A stretch of DNA of 62,955 bases, counting the filler, from Deltaproteobacteria bacterium (lineage in GTDB: Bacteria > JAUYMQ01), in the NCBI GenBank assembly GCA_030698575.1. It is 7 parts of 7 records of this genome, joined end to end, with 100 filler letters (N's around TTAATTAATTAA, not from the genome) between each part and the next. Parts side by side here need not be neighbours in the genome. Positions count along the whole stretch, not along the records: positions 60,115 to 62,955 come from JAUYMQ010000297.1; 6 more parts are not named here. One strand, 5' to 3'. The translations under genes were made by a program, and so were the position numbers. Shown piece after piece: positions 61,609 through 62,955 of the stretch; position 1 is the stretch's first letter; each line of letters starts with the position of its first letter. The notes beneath the pieces were generated by a model. It worked only from the letters and a program-made list of their open reading frames with translations. It was not told the origin of the DNA and made no database searches.

Positions 61609-62336
61609 CCGGCAGCGCTTCCGCGTCGGTTCTGATCGGTCATTGGGATTTCGAGGAAGGCGCTGGCATAACAGCCTTGGATTCCTCTGGGAATGGCCTA
61701 AATGGCGCCATTTTCAATGCTTCTTATGTAAGCGGCAAGGTTGGAAACTACGCTCTCGACTTCGATGGCTCGGACAGCTATGTCCGAGTTGCGTACAGCT
61801 CGCTGCTTAATCCTGACTCCATTGGCATAAGCCTTTGGTTCAGACCAAACGCTATCCAAGTTGCATATGCCGATATTCTCGACAAGGGACACGGAGGCTC
61901 TTCAAATCCATACTACTCAGGGTATGTCCTTGAGTACGTCAATGGGACCAGGGCGAATAGCAAAACCTTTGGTGCCCACTACGGAAATGGGGCTTATTTT
62001 CCCGGTCTTCTCGTGTCCTATAGCGGCGAAGAGTGGCATTTTCTAGTTGCAAATCTGGGTGCGGCGGAAATCGCCGTGTACCTTGATGGCGAACTCATCT
62101 CCCAGACATCGGGGGCAGGGGCGATCGTCGATAACCTTTCGGATTTGTTTTTCGGCACGTTTAGATGGGGTTCTAGGTTTTACGATGGTGCGCTTGATGA
62201 CATCCGTATTTATGACGGGCCGCTCTCCTCACAAGAGGTGAGGCAGCTCTATGAATCTGTTCCTGAACCCGCCTCGCTGACCCTCCTCGGTCTCGGCCTG
62301 GCCGGACTCGGATTCAGCAGACGGAGGAAACTGTAA
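61609..62336 (+). pseudogene. LamG-like jelly-roll PEP-CTERM protein, 5' end removed by IS insertion
   Basis: GSASAS-VLIGHWDFEEG..ALDSSGNG..ALDFDG..YDGALDDIRIYD and VPEPASLTLLGLGLAGLGFSRRRKL; no start codon after the IS end; lower GC. Confidence 0.8.
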
Positions 62337-62440
62337 TCGCAACCATCCAGACCCGCCGCCGCGCAGGCCCGCCGGCCCCGCCGTGACGGGGGCCACGGAT
62401 GGGGCAGCCGCCGCCGGGGGGGGGGCTAATGTTCCCTTTT

Positions 62441-62955
62441 GTGAAGCGGCTGGCCGTGTCAAGTCGTCAGGTCTCTCCCTGTCTCGTTCCCCAGGTTCAC
62501 TGCTGAGTTGTGGGCTCCGGCCTCGCGAGGTTCCAGCAGCCTTTTATTCGCGCTCGTTGAGGGCGAGGGTGTGAGCGCTCGCCGGCGCAGGAGGGGATTC
62601 GAGGGGTGGGGGCGCCATCTACGCGGCGGCCCTGCGACAGCAGCCAAGCAACAGTTCGCGCTCACCGACCCATCGAACCTACGAGCGACCCGGATGCTCA
62701 CCGGAGTACGGTCCCGTCACTCACGCGGAAAGCGTGACGACAGGGCCAGGATGCTGCGGAGCGGGGCGGGGCTCGTAGACGGTCCCACCCATTCGCTGTC
62801 GGTCGAGGCCTCGAGCAGAATCCGCGCCCGGGCCCGATCGCCGAGCAGGGCGGCGAACCGCTCCGGCTCGGTGCGGATCCGCTCCTCGATCAGTTCGCCC
62901 CCCTCGGCCAAGATACAGATCTGGCTTTCCCTCTTGTGGACGTCGATGCCACTAT
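62441..62955 (-). mobile_element. internally deleted IS110/IS1111-family element with intact-looking right non-coding end
   Basis: Minus strand SGIDVHKRESQICILAEGG...ILLEASTDSEWV (DEDD N-terminus) jumps to GTVYEPR...* in another frame (stop 62721); then about 280 nt non-coding with TTGACA at 62457-62462. Confidence 0.75.

Noticed and set aside
61113-62336. 407-aa ORF as a novel fusion protein
   Set aside because: Its first 165 codons are the antisense of an IS orfA; treated as an IS plus a truncated PEP-CTERM gene.

Overview
The window is not one locus. It is seven GC-rich bacterial contigs joined by six artificial 100-nt N/TTAATTAATTAA/N spacers, so adjacency across spacers means nothing and the contigs may come from different genomes. 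(1) 1-24557: housekeeping block of deltaproteobacterial flavour with secY-adk-map-infA-rpmJ-rpsM-rpsK-rpsD-rpoA-rplQ, MerR, two TlpA, ftsB, argS-SPOR, rmlA-rmlC-rmlB-rmlD-ugd-uxs, lepA-lepB, a PyrR attenuator and pyrR-pyrB-pyrC-carA. (2) 24658-30427: secDF, an MMPL/RND transporter, acylphosphatase and an M48 lipoprotein start. (3) 30528-36655: DAACS symporter end, HEXXH peptidase, a tRNA nucleotidyltransferase that looks CC-adding, TPR, a MaoC pair and two families of palindromic repeats. (4) 36756-42409: prophage-like fragment with coupled small ORFs, a Cys-rich protein, a DUF6456-like protein, a HEPN-motif protein and a restriction-modification gene start. (5) 42510-46846: three family III CoA-transferases, a double CMD protein and tRNA-Asn. 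(6) 46947-60014: a complete arc-dop-pup(GGE)-prcB-prcA-pafA Pup-proteasome operon in a non-actinobacterial-looking context, then a GT-C glycosyltransferase, mltG, ruvX, HEAT and HD-GYP genes. (7) 60115-62955: TrmH methyltransferase, an IS3-type remnant that decapitates a LamG/PEP-CTERM gene, and an internally deleted IS110/IS1111 element that keeps its long right non-coding end (candidate seek/bridge RNA). All calls come from reading motifs by eye; no database searches were run.
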